Part shown: one piece after another, positions 11,350 to 24,140 of the stretch | How the letters are laid out: every line of letters starts with the position of its first letter | Numbering within the stretch: position 1 is the first letter of the stretch | NCBI GenBank assembly: GCA_964016885.1 | Contig: OZ024740.1 | Location: forward strand, 149,730,001 to 149,794,000 | Direction: 5' to 3' | DNA: 64,000 nucleotides | DNA from: Eledone cirrhosa | Taxonomy: Eukaryota | The notes under the pieces: model-generated | Told to the model about the DNA's origin: nothing | What the model saw: the letters and a program-made list of their open reading frames with translations, nothing else | Database searches by the model: none | Translations under genes and position numbers: made by a program

Positions 11350-12656
11350 GAGGGTGTGGACGATATTTGTTTGCACGATTATTGTCTAGGAAAAAGTAAC
11401 ACAGTAGTTTTATTTTTTTAGATATATTTATCAAACTTGGGTCAGTTTGTCTTCATGACTTGTTCTTTCGATCTCACTCGATAAACTCGCCATTGGCTTT
11501 GATGACGGCCTCAAGGCGGCCTCAGAACCGGCTACAGGCCTTTGTCACTGTCCCCCGACTTAGGCCCCTAAAGGCACTTGTGATCCTGGTCTTCAGATCG
11601 TCTTTCATATTGCAGCTAGATCTGTTGATGTCTCATTCCACTGCACCCCACGCAAAGAAGTCGAGGGGGTTGCAGTCAGACAAGCTGGGAGGCCAGATGT
11701 CAGGTGAAGTGTGATCGATGAAGTTCTCTGACAGCCAGGCTTGGGTCTTTCGGCTGGTATGGCAGGGTGCTGAGTCTTGCTGCCACACGTACGGCCTACC
11801 TGCAGCTACCTGGTCGATCCAGGGCTTTACTACCTCGCTCAGAACGCAGATGTAGCCATCGGTGTTCAGCTTCAGGCTCTCAGGGAAGAAGTGAGGTGGC
11901 ATGATGTCACCTTGACTGCTGACGACACCTAAGACCAATGTTGTTGCTGGAAACTTTGTCTGCATGACTCTGGGCATGTCTTTGGATGAGACAGCGAGCC
12001 ACCTGTTGTTCTGGGAGTTGATCTTCTGGTCTTGGCAGAAGTTTTTCTCGTCGGAGAAAAACCACAGCATGTCTGGCTCCAGTGGGTGTTTCAACTTGTT
12101 GATCAGCTTCTTTGCGTGCTTCAGTCGCTTTTCTTGCATCGCCTTTGACAGAAATTGTCCTTTCCTCATCTTGTATGAAACATAGCGGATGTCTTCATGT
12201 ACCACCAGCCTAATGAGCTTTTCATCCACGCCTTTTTCCCTTGCAATGGCACACATCGAATTGCTAGGTTCATTGTTGATGATATCCTGAACGTCAGCGA
12301 CGAACTCGGGCATTCTGAAGGCGTCAGATCATCAATCATGTGTTTTCCTCTCTGATGTTGCTTCGTAGTCGAATCCTGAATCTTCCAATTCCTTTTTCAC
12401 CTTTTCCACCATTCTCCTGCTAACGCAGAGAAAGTCTGAAATTTCCTTATTTGTCCTCCCGGCACGGATTCCAAGAAGATCGCCGTGTCTCTTCCACAAA
12501 TTTGGAGGTTCAAAATTATTCATAATCAATTATTCTGAAAATAAATAATGGAAATATAGTCACTGTTTTTATGAAGACAAGAGTGACAACGGATGTAAAA
12601 ATAATTTGCATAAAATTAGCAGTTGAAAATTGCGAACAAATATCGTCCACACCCTG
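11350..12656 (-). mobile_element. Full-length Tc1/mariner-superfamily DD37D (maT/Bmmar1-like) transposon
   Basis: about 26-bp TIRs agggtgtggacgatatttgtt, TA on both sides; transposase FSDEKNF..QQDSAPCH..37 aa..NPLD. Confidence 0.93.
11474..12523 (-). pseudogene. DD37D transposase, 350 codons, four internal TGA stops, no frameshift
   Basis: ORFs 12332-12529 and 11633-12313 share a frame that continues to ANGEFIE* at 11474. Confidence 0.88.
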
Positions 12657-12799
12657 TATATATATAAAGGAAAGGAAGAGAGACAGTATCACATATTCAA
12701 CATCAGTTAAATATATTATACCCGCTATGTACATTTGCATAACAATTTTTTGATGCCTTTGAAATATACATAATGTGTATGATGTAATTAAATAAATTG

Positions 12800-13540
12800 T
12801 TTTTTTTTAATATGTGATACCATAACAAAGGAGTTTAAGACTAGCTTAACATGAAAACTTCTTTATGCAGATCATCTAGTTCTTATAGTTGAATCCATAG
12901 GACTAGAGTATAAGTTGTGACTGTGAAGACAAAAGGGCTGAGAGTTAACTTAGAAAGAAAATAAAGTGTTAGTAAGTAGGAAAGAAGACAGGACTTTGAT
13001 CCCACCAGGGAAGTGGCCCTGTTTGATGTGCAAAAAAAGAGTAGACAGAAATTCTTTACAATGTATACAATGCATATCTTGAGTACACAAGAAGTGTAGT
13101 GGGATAGCAGGCAGCCTAATAGGAAAATAAGACTTTGTATGTAATAGATGCATGGGGTAATTGATAGTCTGCACATCAGTGATATAAACATTGTCCAATC
13201 ACATTAAGGATCCATAGAAATGGTTAATAACTTCTGATACCTAGATGATCCAGTTAGCATTAGAGGTGGGTGCTCTGAGAGCAGAGTAGCTAGAGTAAGG
13301 ATAGGATGGAGGAAGTTTAGATAGCTATTGTCTCTGTCAACAACAGTGCAAAGTGCAATCCTGCAGAGGATATGCATAGGCTGGTCAGAAATGAAGCAAG
13401 CATGCTTCAATGGTTATGCATTTAAACTGGGTTTAAAAGGAATCAGAGGTGGTGTGCAAGGGAGAAGACTGCATTGTTTGGCAAGCTTTCTATGGCTGGA
13501 TGCCCTTCCTATCACCAACCACTTTACAGTATGAACTAGG
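12800..13540 (+). mobile_element. Degraded RTE LINE fragment
   Basis: remnants of YADDL, GKWPC, GGCSES..R.GWRKF and the 3' module. Confidence 0.75.
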
Positions 13541-14463
13541 TGGATTTATTGTATATATTATATATATATATATTTATTAAAATAGTCTTCATATTTATTA
13601 TTATTACTATATATATATATATATAGAAGTGGTAATCTATATATATATATATATATATATAGAAGTGGTAACCACTTCTACCTAACTCGTCCCTTGGACT
13701 GAGTGCTCTACCACTACGGATTTTACCTTCCAGTGTTCCACCACTATATATATAAACAATGTACTGTAGAAATGATGAGCTTATCTGCTATGCTTTCTTT
13801 GTGCAATTATTCTCACATAAGAATATTACTTTTATTTCTAAAGATTAAGTTGACTTGGTCAACAGAGAATGCAATGGCCCTGAGATTTTATTTAGTCTTA
13901 TACATTATATGAGCTTTAAAAAAAGGCAAATATATGAAAATATAATTTCTAACTCTTTATTTATGATTCTATAATCAAGAAGTTAGTTGTCTTTCTCTAA
14001 ATTTGGATAATTGTCAAATACACCCTAAGACATTTTCTTGAGCTATAAGAAAATTTACTTTAGAAATTAAGTTTTTCAATTGCCAAAGATGAATAATGAA
14101 GTCCTAGAAAAATTAGCGATAATTTACATTGGCAAAAAAATAATATATATACACAATAATAATAATAATCCATAAAATGAATAACATGTACCATGAAAAG
14201 GGATGAGTTCTTCCCCTCATGAAGACAATAGGATTATTAGGCTGGTATTTCCAGCTGGTGGACAAGGATGTAGAGGCTTACTCGGTAGCTCTTAAAAAGT
14301 AGTGCATCAGAAGGTTATGAACAAAGTTTATAATGGTACAATATAGTATCCTTGACAGAATTTAGTTTCCTGCCCTGAGATTTTCTAATTATATGTCTAG
14401 GGTAAAAGGAATATTTGTGTGTGTGTGTATTGTATCCTTTAAATTTCTTTCTCATCTTTTCAG

Positions 14464-14598
14464 TTACTGACATATACCATGGGTGGAAGAATTGGCTTTT
14501 ATCAAGGAGATGTCAAAAAATTATTTGATGACATTCAAGAATTGAAACCAACAATATTCACAGCAGTTCCACGTGTTTTGAACCGTGTCCATGATAAA
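14464..14598 (+). CDS. ACSL: ACSL exon (LLTYTMGGRIGFYQGDVKKLFDDIQELKPTIFTAVPRVLNRVHDK)
   Basis: ttttcag/gtgagt, 135 nt; IGFYQGD and LKPT..VPR motifs. Confidence 0.95.
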
Positions 14599-16649
14599 GT
14601 GAGTGGATTCTATGTTTTTGAAATACACACAACTGTTTCTTAGATTAATATTTGGACCTGGAACAATCCGTGTTGCATTATGCACTGTCATATATGAATC
14701 AGTCCTTGTAACCAGACATCATTTGGGTTTCTGGTGTATCAAGACAGCTCATTTTATTTGCTGCCTGGAAATGAAGGAGATGTATGAAATGAAGAAAAAA
14801 AAGTACCAGGAGCTGGTGGAAGACTGCCATAGGAATGGATAGAGGACCAGGTACATGACAATGAAGATGGGCAATTGAGAGTTCACAGGTCATTCTTTTA
14901 GTGAACCCTATGTATTACATAGGGTTCACTAAAAATGAGCAGGAGAAGAGCTATCAAGGACAATTTGGAAGCAGCAAAGTGGGCATCTAAATGTCTGTGA
15001 CTGGTGGGGTCAATAGAGTGTAACTTGGACACTGGTCAAGTTGCCTGAATGAAATTGTATGTTGTAAGTCCTGAAACACCTAGTGACTCCAGGATACAGC
15101 ACTAATGCTGTGTCCAAGTATTTGTATACAAATGTATGAAGAACTTGAAGTGTGACTGGCATTATGTGGCTATTGTAAGAATTAAATATTCTAGTTCAGA
15201 TCTCAAACACAATTATTTCACTTCACTTATATTGTTAATGTCTGTGGGATGAAGATAAATGTAATTTTTCATCCCATTCTCTTGAATCTGTAAGATTCCT
15301 GCTGATCAACTCAGGCCATTCTGGGTTACAAACACAGACAGGCTTACTTACTCTTGATACACTTACATCAAATCCCTTTTTTTCATATTTCAAGCTTTAA
15401 TTAATAGTTCAAGCAAATTACATATGGAAACCAATTGTTCTATCCTTTAAATTTGATGATTTGTGCTTATGATGACTCATGTAAGGATGGCCAGTCAAAA
15501 ATGACAGTATCACATTAAAAATTGACGTCCTTACTCTAAATTTCTACAACGACCTGTTAAATAGTAAAGTAGTATAAACATTTGAATTTACAAATTTGCT
15601 TTTGGATGTTTTCTGCTAAATCTTTAAAGGATGTTAAGAGTTAACGATCTACTTGTTGTCACCTCCAAATTTTGCCTACCCATGAAGTCAATACAAACTT
15701 TCATTCCTCCCTCATATTCTGTGCCCAAGTATCATCCAGAAACAACACATTAAATCTATAATAACTCATGAACAAAGACCCCTAAATATCCTTATATGGA
15801 GTTATGCTAATTTTTCGTCTCCTGTATCAGCAAAAAGAAATCCACAATTATTTTGCATATAAAAAAATATAACCATGCTCCAGCTTCCAGCAAAACATTT
15901 GAACAGCACACAACTAGAACACTCACAACTCGGATCTGATGAATACATGTCCTAAACATACCAAAACCTGGACTTCCTTGACAGGGCCAGATAATACTTC
16001 ACCCATAACTATGAACTCTCTACAAAGTTTGGGGGAGATCCACAATGAAGTACTGATCTCACATATGGGGATGATGTTACTATTACATATCGACATCCTT
16101 GACTGCATCAAAAGAATGGCCACTTGACTGACTAATATAAAGTTGCTCACCAATATACTCCAGCCTCTGGCTCACAGATGTGCTGTCTCCTCACTTTGCA
16201 TTTGCTGTGGCCACTACTGTTGCTTCTACTCCTCAGAACTTCCACTCAAGTACTCTCAATTTCCCTGTCTATCCTCCTCTTGTCATCTATATTGTAACCA
16301 TCTCCAAACCCACCCACAATCATTCCTCCCATGAACATCTATCCTTCTCAAATCCGTCCACACAGATGTTTTTTTTTTCCTGCTGCCATCAACTTGCAAC
16401 AGTTAAATTAGAACATTAACAATGCCAATCACAGAGGTCCTGCAAAGGCCATCGACACAACTCCCTCCTCCAGAGAAAACAAATGAAGACAAAATGTTTT
16501 GTTATATTTACACTCTGAGTTTACATCCTACTGAGTTTAGCTTTGTATTTCTTGCCTCCAGGGCAGATAGAATAAGTATAAATCAAGAGCAGGACGATTA
16601 TATCAAAGATTCATCACCAATATATTTGTGCCCAATGGTTGTGCAGGTA

Positions 16650-16840
16650 CCATGACAAAAAGAACCTAGCCCACACTGTAAATGTGGTTGGTGTTATGAA
16701 GGCCATTCAGCCATAGAAACCTAGCCAGAAACAGTTCTGTGTGAGCAAGACACGGTCACCTGATCTGACTTGCTTCTTATGGGACAACCAGTCTAATTCA
16801 TGCTAACATGGAAAATGGATGTTAAATGATGATGATGATG
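16650..16840 (+). mobile_element. Stand-alone RTE-tail module
   Basis: cacactgtaaatgtggttgg..gccatagaaac..atggaaaatggatgttaaat(gat)n. Confidence 0.7.
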
Positions 16841-17079
16841 GAACAGTCAATTAAGTTGACTCTAATAATTGAGTGATATATTATAAACCCTGGAAGGATG
16901 AATGACAAAGTCTAACTCAGTAGAAGTTAAAGTCAAAATGTAAAGAGATATAAGAAAATGTCACACCACATTTTGCTCATCACCTTATGAATCTCCCAAT
17001 CCACAACACCTAAGCCAATATATATTAATACATACCTATATTGTTAACTCATATATGTGTTGTTTACTTCTCCATCAAG

Positions 17080-17159
17080 ATACACCATGAACTCAAAAAT
17101 CCTATCAAAATGAAACTTTTGCAATGGGCATTGCACAGTAAAGAAGCTGAGATTAAACA
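17080..17159 (+). CDS. ACSL: ACSL exon (IHHELKNPIKMKLLQWALHSKEAEIKQ)
   Basis: aag/gtaagt, 80 nt, phase 0/2 matching the next exon. Confidence 0.85.
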
Positions 17160-17206
17160 GTAAGTATAGTTTCATTGGTTGTTGTTATTATTATTGCTAT
17201 TCGTAG

Positions 17207-17420
17207 GACGGTGGATTGGCAGTATCAGTAGAGGGTCGGACAAATACTTTTCAGTATTTAGCTAGGACTTTTAACATTCTAAGTTCAAATTCTGCCAGGA
17301 TCAACTTTGCCATTTATCCGTCAATAAAATAAAATACCAGTTAAGTAGTGGAATCGATATAATTGACTTTATCCTTCCTCCAGATTGCTGGCCTTGTGTC
17401 AATTTAAGAAAGAATTATTA
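17207..17420 (+). mobile_element. Family A SINE
   Basis: gtggattggcagtatcagtagagggtcggac head, B-box, central domain, tail. Confidence 0.8.
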
Positions 17421-18349
17421 TTGTTATTTGTAATCAATGTGAATTCCAATTCAGATTGTCTTTATTGATTAAGGTTTTCTTCTTCCCCACATTGTGTTAG
17501 AGCTTACATAACTAATTATTTCCCATGAGGATGGTGTCCCTTGGGCAATTTTCCTTCGTCAGAAAGTTGTTTTAAGACCTTTTTTCCTTCTTGAAGTAAT
17601 GTTCTACTGCCGGATCTCCTTTCTGACGTCAACCCTTTTGGCCCCCTCTTATGATAGACAAGGGATACAGTGTACCTATTCAAAGACTGTGATACACACA
17701 GCAGCTCACATAAAGTTATTTCTTATTATAAATCTTGCAGGGACGTTAAAGACTGTTTTTATGGTAAAGTGTTATGAAACCGAAATATCCTCAAACTAGT
17801 TGCTACATCTACTAAATATCAGAGTAAACACTTTCCACATATTGCATACCTTTTCTACAATTTTAATTATCGAATTCCCAGTGTGTAATGCGTTGTTTTC
17901 CCTCATCCCACTCGAAATACGTATGGAAAATCTACTCTGCTTTTTGGAGACCGATAGGTGAACATTTTGTTTTTATATTGAATTTTTTTTTTTCTAAAAT
18001 TTAACAACTTAAATTGGAGCGTGCAACCATGATGTTGGAGTATCTTCGGGGGCCGAGAAATACGGTAATCGAAATTTTTGTGTCGTCAACTTATTTCGAG
18101 ATTCGTAGTTATCGCCCTTTCATTTATTTTTACTATGTCTGGGCGTCATGACTAATAAGAATATTTTTTGCTTGCTTTTAAAAGTGTTATCATCTATTTT
18201 ATTTACTACTGATGCCACCTATCGGAATGTGACTTGATATATGTAAAGGAGTGAGTGCAGTCGATTATATGGATGTTAGTACATGAAATATTCGTTTCCT
18301 TTTTTTGTTTGTTGTTTGTGTATTGCATATGTCTCTTTTATTCACTTTT

Positions 18350-18700
18350 GATCAATCCTGTCAATACTGAAGGTGCCGCTTACTTTCTGTGATTACCAAA
18401 TTCTCTGGGGACTGCATTAATGATTTGACCATGGTCAACATCGTTGACTTACACAGTCTGGATGAGCTCCACATGTATATTGTGCTCAGAGTTAGAGCTG
18501 ATGTCTGTGAAATATTTAAATGTCATGGCAAGCTGCTTAACCCCATGGGTTTTCATGGATTGTCTTGCCATCTGAACTCAGATTGCTTCACTCATCTTAC
18601 TGAACTGAACCTAATTATCTAGCTGGCTCTGGCTCGAAGGAATGACACCCCCACTCCCACCCAATTCAAGGGTCAGCTGGGTTGTCCTGGGTTGATTTCA
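18350..18700 (+). mobile_element. CRE-like (restriction-like endonuclease) non-LTR relic
   Basis: LR..A.VC...KC.G...P.GFHGLSC......H..LN.II..AL zinc-knuckle pattern in ORF 18389-18622. Confidence 0.6.
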
Positions 18701-18951
18701 ATCTTAGCCATGACAGTAATGCCTGGAATATTGCTGGTTTCAGATAAATACAGTAGTGCTCTCAAGCATGCCACATTTCTCCCCATTTTGGGGTACTTTT
18801 TTCATGGTACTTCTCGTTTAAGCTTTTAGGGGTTAGAGGGTCGGATACATGACATAGATGCATTCAGAACCACGTTTTTTTGTTCATAGATAATAGAATC
18901 CTAAAAGCGGTAATCTTATGCTAATGTAATAAATAATTTTTTTTTTTTCAG

Positions 18952-19102
18952 AGGAATTTTTAGAAATAATTCCTGGTGGGATGTACTGGTATTGAGAAAA
19001 ATTCAAAACATATTCGGTGGCAATATACGTCATATCGTAACTGGATCAGCTCCTATCTTGGCGGAAATTTTGGAATTTTTCCGTTGTGCTTTGGGTTGCA
19101 AT
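18952..19102 (+). CDS. ACSL: ACSL exon (GIFRNNSWWDVLVLRKIQNIFGGNIRHIVTGSAPILAEILEFFRCALGCN)
   Basis: poly-T cag/gtaagt, 151 nt; GG..R...TGSAP motif. Confidence 0.95.
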
Positions 19103-19689
19103 GTAAGTTTTGGATATTTTTCTTTAAATATTTGTTTTATTGAATAACAATAATCACCTACATTATATAATCATTGACTAATTAATCCAGGGAGCCAGAT
19201 TAACTCAATATTCACAATCTATCCCTCCATGAAAACAGCATGTTTCATAGAAAAGCACAACCTACCTAGCTCTAAATTCATTACAGAACAAGCAGAAATA
19301 CATTCCTTCTAAATGAATGCAATACATCTGCCTATTCACATGATACATTACAGACAGTGCAGGTGTTGCTTCTGTTTGTAGTTGGATCTATTTTACCCCA
19401 TTTATATTACAATTATATTTGGAAATATCATAAAAATCACAAATTTATATTGACATAAGAAATTTTTCAGCACACATTCCTTTTTCCCATGTAGAGAAGT
19501 GGATATGGTGAATTGAATCTTATATATTATATTACTGGTATTTATTTTTATGACTAATACTGTATTTCAACTTACAACAATAGTTTGCCTAGCTTAAAGT
19601 ATCACATTTCAAAACTAAACAAATCTATTTATGCCTGTAATATACAAAACAATTTTATAGAAAAGGACCAGAAAAAGTCTCAAGTTTGT

Positions 19690-19935
19690 CTCAAACCTGG
19701 AGTCTCATTAGGCTGGTGCTTATCCTTGTTTCCTTGGCATTTAGCGACTGAGTATACAAGACCAGACCTGCCCCTACAGGACATGATGCCTGTCTATCTA
19801 CTGCTGGTACTCATTTTCAGCTGGGTATTCTAGAGCAATGTGAAAGGAAGTACTTTGCTCAACAACACAATACACAACCTTGTCCAGGAATGAAAACCTT
19901 GATACTATGTTTGTAAGTCAAACAACCTAACCACA
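19690..19935 (-). mobile_element. CORE-type tRNA SINE (family B), degraded
   Basis: reverse complement of tgtgttgttgagcaaagtactt core and gtggttaggttgttt head. Confidence 0.6.
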
Positions 19936-20754
19936 AGATACGTTGAATATTTATGTATTTTTTATCAGAAATTTATAAAAACATTTCTGTGAAAAAGATA
20001 CGAAATGAAAAATTAATGACAGCATTGATGATGTGCTGAGAGATAGAACATTTGCCTTTTGTTTAGTGTTCTAATTTATGACATATATCAATGATATTTG
20101 CCTGGATAATGTGGGTGAATGCTCTCAGATGTGCAGAACCCAAGGGTTATATATTATGAGATAGTGTCGATATTAATTTGAGTGATGATTGGTAGGATTT
20201 CTAGTTGGAAATACTGAATTGATAAAGACTGTAGTTTTGATTATGACTATCATTTGTGACTAAATAAAATAACCATAAGTTAAGTACTGGGTTCAACATA
20301 ATTACCTACACCCTCCCACCAAAACTGAAACATTGTGCCACTCTTAGAAATCAGTAATCTAAAGTTGTAAATTATATTAGTTTGATAGTATAAGTAATTA
20401 TTTGTGTTGTTATTTTGTTACTGAAACATCAAAATTGGCAGAGTTGTTAGAACGCTGGATATAATACATTGCAATATTTGTTCCAGGTCTCTGGCTACTG
20501 TGTTCAAAACTCATCAAGGTCAACTTTACTTTTCATCCTTTCAAGGTTGATACTGAGTCCAGTACTGAAGTCAATTCTTCTTCTTTATCATTCTCTCACT
20601 CTTTTTCTGGAAGGAATCAGCTGTGTTCAAACCTAGAGAAAAGATGGGCTCTGCCAGTTTAAAAGAAAATGCTGAAGACACCCTGTATGCCACTATAGCA
20701 TCCAACAACTTCATCAAGAGTTACATGTCCTGACATACATAATGTAGTAATAAT

Positions 20755-20937
20755 TGTTTCTGCTTTTGGCACAAGGCCAGCAATTATACCAGTGCCTTAC
20801 TGGTGCTTTATTTTATCGACCACCTAGGGAGGAAAGGCAAAGTTAACCTCGGCAGAATTTGAACTCAGACTGTAAAGGGCCGTAACTCTATGCTGAAAAG
20901 CATGGCGTCCGACTCTCTATCGATACTGCTAATCCAA
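20755..20937 (-). mobile_element. Family A SINE with 15-bp TSD
   Basis: taatgtagtaataat at 20740-20754 and 20938-20952. Confidence 0.9.
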
Positions 20938-21293
20938 TAATGTAGTAATAATGATTTCTAATTGTGACAAAGACTTGCAATTTGGAGAGGGGGAGCCAAT
21001 TATATTGATCTAAAAATTATACTAACTAAAAATTACACCTTTAATGAGAAGAAAAACCATTAACTTAAAACCTAATTTTTGCCATGAAATATGGCTGAGT
21101 TTAATTTTAATTAAAAAAATTAGGAGTGGAGTAGGGAGTGAGTCAGATCTTTAACAGCACAGTAAGAACTCTAAGTATATTTTGGTCTTATTAGACTTCA
21201 CTAACGAAGCATAGTCTAACCATCACTACCAGATCTTAGATGACTAGAGAAAATATATATCTTTTGTTTGTTTTTGAGTGGAGTTATTAATTA

Positions 21294-21475
21294 GGTGGAT
21301 TGGCAGTATCGGTAGAGAGTCGGACGCCATGCTTTGACGCATAGAGTTACGCCCCTTTATGATCTGAGTTCAAATCCCGCCGAGGTTAACTTTGCCTTTC
21401 ATCCTTACGGGGTCGATAAAATAAAGTACCAGTAATGTACTGGTGAATTGCTGGCCTTGTGCCAAAAGTAGAAAC
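21294..21475 (+). mobile_element. Family A SINE with 12-bp TSD
   Basis: agttattaatta on both flanks; intact A/B-box-like head. Confidence 0.9.
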
Positions 21476-21957
21476 AGTTATTAATTAAAAGAAAGACTAA
21501 GGGAGGGGAGAATACTCAGTGACACTCTCTGTGTGAATAACAAATTGTAAAATGCATTGTACTGAATACAGTGAGCGAATAAAATAAATTTTTATTAAAA
21601 TTATATTTTTAGAGACTGAAACATATTCTGTGTTGTCATCATACAGACTCCACTGCATTCTATTTTTCATTTAGTCAAATTCAGGGTTGTCTCCCTTGCG
21701 TTTTCAGAGTGTAATCTGAATCGATTAAAATTGAACGTAGTTATACGTGTTTACATATTTATGATATATTCTCTAATGAGGCAGTTAGGTTTTGGCAAAC
21801 AGAAATCATAACCCGATTGTGGTTCATATTTGAAGGATGAGTTTTGTTTTGTTTTTGTTTTTTTTTTGCTCTATTAAAACATTCAGCTACAATATCAATA
21901 TTATTATTTTTGCATATATTTGCAATGATTTATTTATTTATATATTTTTACTTACAG

Positions 21958-22030
21958 GTGTATGAAGGTTATGGCCAGACAGAATGTACAGGGGTAGTCA
22001 CATTAACCATTCCTGGTGAATATAATGCAG
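21958..22030 (+). CDS. ACSL: ACSL exon (VYEGYGQTECTGVVTLTIPGEYNAG)
   Basis: ttacag/gtatga, 73 nt; GYGQTE adenylate-binding motif. Confidence 0.96.
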
Positions 22031-22144
22031 GTATGATGTGATATATTAATATATGCTGTTTGAATTTAATGGCTTCTACTTTAGAGTAAAAAAAATAAGA
22101 CAGTGTTCACTTAGAATGAATCACCTTCTAAAATATTTTCTTAA

Positions 22145-22181
<37 letters not shown>

Positions 22182-22311
22182 TATATTTTTATATTAAATA
22201 TTTATACTCTGCTACGTATTGAGTACCTTATTACTGTGGTTACCCTCGACTGAACCCGGGATACACACACACATATTTAATTAGAAAGTGAACAACACAA
22301 AATATAACTAC

Positions 22312-22377
22312 TCTGTTACCAAAGGTTTCTGAATCCCAGACAATATTAATATATGTCTGGATCGGTCATCAGACAGA
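22312..22377 (-). ncRNA. Type I hammerhead ribozyme motif with intact core (antisense to ACSL)
   Basis: minus strand: tctgt CTGATGA ccga tccagaca-tatattaatat-tgtctggga ttca GAA acc ttt ggt A acaga; stem I tctgt/acaga, GUA cleavage triplet. Confidence 0.75.
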
Positions 22378-23094
22378 TTTGCTTCAGTATCCTATAAAGA
22401 GTCCTGGCTGTGGTATCAAAAGTCCAGATCTATTTTTGGTATAAACATCAAACTCTTGATACTGTAAATATCAAGTAAATACCTGCCACCATGAAATAAC
22501 TTGATAAGTCAGACAGACATTACTGGATGTTTTTATTTGTATCCCACTTGGCTACCAGACTCTGAACTTTATAGAGTAAAAACAAGGTGTCCTAATAAGG
22601 AGATACAAATAGAATGTGCTGTGATTGGCTAATTTTACTGGCCATTCAAATAATTTTACATCTTTAACCATAAATATACATTGAATTTCTACTGCATTAT
22701 GGCGTTGTTATATTGTTATACAAATAACAAATTGGTTAACAATAAACAATGCATATATACACATGTATATATATCTTCATCATTTAACGTCCATTTTCCC
22801 CATTAGCAAAGATTGACCAGGTCTTCACAGACAGTTATTGTTTCTGGTGTTGTTGTTTGTGGTACTATCGTTTGTGTTACCAGTCTGGTATTGTTGTTGT
22901 TGTTGTAGATATTCATGATGTTGCAGTCATTGTCATTGCCATTGTTGTTTGTGTTGTTGTCATTGTTATTGTTCAAATTCCATCAAACTTTTGTGAATGT
23001 TTTTTTTCTATTCCGGACAAGCATTGTATCTTACTAACATTTCTATGTACTGCGAAATTAAGTGGTAGTTGGAGAATCATTTGTTCCTCTAGGG

Positions 23095-23279
23095 CAGGAT
23101 TTCCCAAACTTTTTCAAACATGGAACCTTTTTTGGTTCAGAAACTTTTGTGGGAACTCCAAAGTCTAATACTATTATATGGTTGTAATATAATAATACTC
23201 TTCTACCTTCTTTCACAGAACCCCAGACACTCCTTTGTGGAACCCTTGGGTTCCATGGAACCCACTTTGGGAACAACTG
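23095..23279. mobile_element. hAT (Charlie-like) MITE
   Basis: caggatttcccaaa / tttgggaacaactg termini; 8-bp TSD ctctaggg/ctctaggc. Confidence 0.8.
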
Positions 23280-23591
23280 CTCTAGGCCAATCGTTGTTTC
23301 TCCATAACAAACATAAAGACACACACACACAGGCAAAGAAACTTTTATTTTTATACAACAAATGGTCACAATGATCTGTACTCTGAAAAAGATACTATAA
23401 ATATTTGAATGAATCAGTTTTTAAATATCTTCTACTAAATTATTACAGGATATTAAGATTTAAACTACAGCCTCTAATATTGTAAAATCGAATGTATAAT
23501 GGTTTCTTGTAATCTGTATTGTTTCTTACTTTTTTTTTTCTTTTTTTTTTTTTCTTTTTTTTTTTCTTTTTTTTTTCTTTTCCTTGCAAAG

Positions 23592-23680
23592 GTCATGTTG
23601 GGCCACCAGCACCAAATAATTATATTAAACTTATTGATGTACCTGAATCTGGATATTTACAATCAGAAGGCAAAGGAGAG
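23592..23680 (+). CDS. ACSL: ACSL exon (HVGPPAPNNYIKLIDVPESGYLQSEGKGE)
   Basis: long polypyrimidine tract, aag/gtggga, 89 nt; GHVG..KL.DVPE..Y..GE motif. Confidence 0.94.
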
Positions 23681-24140
23681 GTGGGATCCTTTCTTATTTT
23701 AAATATATATTTATTTTTATTTTCGTTTTTGTTTGTTGTTGTTTTTTGTTTTTGTTTTCTTAAAATTTCATGTTATTTATTCATAAGAAAAGAGAGCAAT
23801 CAGAGTCCCTGCATTTAAAGAGTTTTTCCACAATGAAAAATTATGATAGCAGGATGGAGATAATTTGGATTGTGTTAATCTGAATCATTGTAGATTAATA
23901 TATCTAGGAAACAGTGTGAGTGTAGGACAAAAAGTAAGTTTTTGGCTAGTCTAGTACTCAACACAACACTAACTAATAAAAGAAAGAAAAAACTATTGCT
24001 AATTTCTGTTGTTCATCCAACATAAATTCAATTAAATCCAAAATAATTAATCATTATACCATACCTATAATAACAAACATAACAGGGTAGACAAAATACA
24101 AAAAGATTATACAGACAAAATATACTTTCCATATATATAT

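Noticed and set aside
8636-14463. Second mutually exclusive gate exon, as in vertebrate ACSL6
   Set aside because: No second S(Y/F)LPLxH-coding exon with splice sites was found by eye; the nearby duplication does not translate to the motif
15400-18200. Additional Penelope RT/linker relics (about 15400-16400 and 17460-18200)
   Set aside because: Only faint motif resemblance; too degraded to support without a translated search
21294-21380. tRNA genes
   Set aside because: A/B-box-like heads continue into SINE bodies and do not form a full cloverleaf
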